From assembly GCA_965249275.1 (NCBI GenBank), contig CBDFLQ010000007.1, positions 896,001 to 960,000 of the forward strand: a stretch of DNA of 64,000 nt, written 5' to 3'. Source of the DNA: Dehalococcoidia bacterium. GTDB lineage: Bacteria; Chloroflexota; Dehalococcoidia; Plut-88900. Positions within the stretch are counted from its first letter, which is position 1; every line of letters starts with the position of its first letter. A program made the position numbers and the translations under genes. The notes under the pieces were generated by a model that saw only the letters and a list, made by a program, of their open reading frames with translations, was not told the origin of the DNA and did no database searches. This document shows, piece after piece, positions 63,101 to 64,000 of the stretch.

Positions 63101-63942
63101 AATGGAGGTCCACACCCGCACCGGGTTGTCCCGAGAATGGGGGCTGGGAGAACGTAAGTGGTTCCGGAAACAACGAGGGAAGTGATGAATGCGTCACCGT
63201 GATTGATCAACGGACCGTGACTAGCACGACATATACAATCACTACTCTCGACTCAGCTGTCCTTGTTGCGGGGACCACCTATGACGTGCGAGTGTCCGCC
63301 GGAAACGCAGTGGGAATCGGGGATTGGTCTGAAGTGGTGAGCGCTCGGGTGCCTTCGACAGACGCATCCCTAAACTCCCTAACCGTAGACCCTGTGGACA
63401 TTAGCGAGTTCAGGGCTGAGGCCACCTCATATAGCTTAACGGTCGGTAGTACGGTGACCCAGGCAACGGTCTCCGCCACAACCGCCGATACCAACGCTAC
63501 GGTGGCATTCGGTCCTCTTGTCGACTCCGATATGCTAAGAGCAGGCCATCAGATAGCACTGCATCCTGGCGATACCATCATTGCGGTGACAGTCACCGCC
63601 GAGGATGGGGCCACTACACGGACGTATACGATCATTATTACGCAGGTAACGGGTAACAGCGCGCCCAAGGTTTCCGTTACGCCCGATTTGGCTACCGTGA
63701 ACGGCTGCAATGCAGTCTCGCTAAACGGCACGTCTAGCGACCCGGAGAACGATACGCTTTCCTACTTCTGGACTGCCAGCGCCGATATCGGGCACTTCGC
63801 CGACGAAAGTTCGGAGGACACCGTATGGACGGCTCCCGCGCCTGGGGCAGTACCTCAGACAGTCATATTAACTTTAACGGTCACGGACGGCGGAGGCGAG
63901 TCGGCGACCGATAGGGTGATAGTAACCGTGAGGGCCCATTAA
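57160..63942 (+). CDS. Giant repetitive surface protein/adhesin (cadherin-like beta-sandwich, Calx-beta, PKD-like, cadherin, FN3 domains)
   Basis: LT.L....GTL.P.F repeats, T.DGTA..GEDY...D.VDE..E.F Calx-beta motifs, LDYE, W.PP.SDGG.P...Y FN3; N-terminus uncertain. Confidence 0.9.
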   Translation: MTVGALLLGTAAVVVPDMGPDARHSLALESPTLHIEWRDHSIDTHRDNPIRFNDASISSTGSEVNPAGIRDAWNYYRDLDPAQTSDGTLFNLRFSPVEHWNGDSADPSNLSKTCPSGPMLTSLTVSAGTLSPTFSGDDVEYTVPDVPYSTRTLTITATAGPGIDGPYFYDVSWKPLEDLDEMTPGHQISLAVGETTVNVSVYKGDPYRDYTLVITRSKPTVSIRALTTGPAIEGDTLQFEISRSSAAADALAVRVAADELDAIPGEVHDDILPDSAEDKSPLYYIEAGDSTAILEVETTGDEIWENHSKIEMKIVSDDLYIIDTESSRASVVVKDDEFVESEAVLSVSPNPIGEGMGETIATITVTTKGDKRPHGKVTIPLTTSDGTATSGEDYTELDTTLTFAESDFAQVDLDGNTRYRAIKTADISITQDSVDEDIESFSVGMGTPSNTLVTLESGSADTSVTITDDDVTVTPPVLTGLIINPGTLTPMFSSGHLSYNVPDVGYGTHLITITATPESGAEVSFLDSSNSVLVDLNDMTEGQQVSLKIGQTSVKVRVAKGGVTQDYTLVMTRAKPTISISSLTTGPGTEGDTLSFELKRSIAAGDVLAVSVAISELGVDADSDPGDLFPDSEEGGSLSYEIASNETTVTVEVETTRDNAWENHSKIQVKVVADDLYAIDLESGTASVVVKDDDFVELEAVLIVSPNPIGEGMGETIATVTMTTKDDKKPHGKVTIPLTTSDGTATSGEDYTGTDTTLTFSESDFAQIDLDGNTRYQAIKTANISITQDSVDEDDESFNVGMGTPSDTLVILESGSADTSVTITDDDDPPILTSLSLSAGTLTPTFSSSHLSYNVPDVGYGTHLMTIVVASESGTSVSFLNSSNSDLVDLDDMTEGQQVSLKIGNTTVKVRVAKGGVTQDYTLAITRAKPTVSISSLTTGPGTEGDTLSFELKRSIAAGDVLAVSVAIGELGVEADSDPGDLFPNSEEGVSLSYEIAKNETTVTVEVETTGDNSWENHSKIEVKVVAGDSYTIDSESGTASVVVKDDDFVESEAVLSVSPNPIGEGMGETIATITVTTKGDERPHGKVAIPLTTSDGTATSGEDYTELDTTLTFAESDFAQIDLDGNTRYRAIKTADISITQDSVDEDDESFSVDMGTPSDTLAILDSRSANISVTITDNDDPPVLTSLSISVGTLTPTFSSNQLSYDVPNVAYGTHLITITATPESSAEVSFLDSSNNPYEDLDDMADGHQAYLEIGKTTLKVRVVRGDSAQDYSMAITRAKPSVSIRTLTDNPATEGNLLRFEIERSEAAGDVLEVRVGMDELDVIDEQGHGDILADAIEDTSPFREIAPNQATAVFTVETAGDIVWEEHSLIEMKIKPEDWYSIDAAAGTATIVVEDDDLPESEAVLSVSPNPVNEGKGQATATITVTTEYDQMPHGQVSIPITTSDGSAKAGEDYAELSDSLVFAGRDFSAIQINGDTFYRAAKNVGIAIVHDNVDEEAETFNVMMGLPSQSIVGVDSDTRIVSVTIDDDDNSKPTVTVTTLPSPASVFGRGVVTLDGESSDSNEATLTYLWTTTPAEIGEFGDDKMEDTTWTAPAPLAEVQTVILILTVTDSGTPQEQGTATAFVTVQANQGPFAKASASSDTVQGDGIIALTGSGADPEQGPITYTWSGDGTFNNADAKDTTWTAPRATNRERPITLTLTVTDELEVSDTSVVQIIVAAVNSTPSFPVAETGERYVDEGSGAGDNVGEPVEAVDEEGDSLTYILSGMDASYFVIDGTGQIGVGSTTTLDYEIKVLYAVTVSVSDGKDAHGNTDLSVDDAIGVTIRVVDVEEDGNVLLSPLPPQVGEVMTARVMDSDNYIPPDNLGLIPASAVESWLWERSNDSDEPWVTIANTTTDSYALVVADMGNYLRATATYTDRRGPDKTASGVSGEVAPGIPSAPIAPMAAYHHAVMGLEVSWSPPLSDGGDPVIEYLVQWRSTPAPGCPENGGWENVSGSGNNEGSDECVTVIDQRTVTSTTYTITTLDSAVLVAGTTYDVRVSAGNAVGIGDWSEVVSARVPSTDASLNSLTVDPVDISEFRAEATSYSLTVGSTVTQATVSATTADTNATVAFGPLVDSDMLRAGHQIALHPGDTIIAVTVTAEDGATTRTYTIIITQVTGNSAPKVSVTPDLATVNGCNAVSLNGTSSDPENDTLSYFWTASADIGHFADESSEDTVWTAPAPGAVPQTVILTLTVTDGGGESATDRVIVTVRAH
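57511..61770 (+). repeat. Four tandem intragenic repeats of about 1.06 kb (354 aa)
   Basis: Unit starts at 57511, 58585, 59647 and 60709 (spacings 1074, 1062, 1062). Confidence 0.9.
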
Positions 63943-64000
63943 ACCATATGGCGCTCGTTGATTATGCGCCGGGAGCAATATCAGGAGGACCCTCGGCTAT

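Overview
High-GC bacterial DNA whose paralogue content (four amidohydrolase_2 genes, two luciferase-like monooxygenases, two family III CoA-transferases, F420/PNPOx-type proteins) suggests Chloroflexota, probably SAR202/Dehalococcoidia (inference). It contains: (1) core-like catabolic genes, a HicB-HicB-HicA locus and an IS5 copy (1-12 kb); (2) a ~23.8-kb decaying integrative element (12018-35843) in the 3' end of tRNA-Ser(CGA), with a P4-type integrase, AlpA, a visible att core and arm-like repeats, many pseudogenes, and an intact peptide ABC system whose permease carries an inserted Asp-box beta-propeller; (3) housekeeping genes (CBS/CorC, glmU, cation:proton antiporter, tRNA-Arg(CCG), typA, DEAD-box helicase); (4) a decayed Rieske/GPP34-P450/MMPL cluster with a second IS5 copy, an LprG/P55-like lipoprotein-MFS pair and a 2260-aa repeat surface protein. 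The most striking unexplained signal is two homologous ~650-nt non-coding elements (6808-7460 + and 52950-53622 -). Each has a sigma70 promoter with a LexA-type box touching the -10, a conserved 5' domain, and a covarying 16-17-bp stem enclosing a ~370-nt hairpin-rich, divergent domain. This is a candidate SOS-inducible large structured RNA family. All product calls come from motif recognition by eye; no database searches were run.
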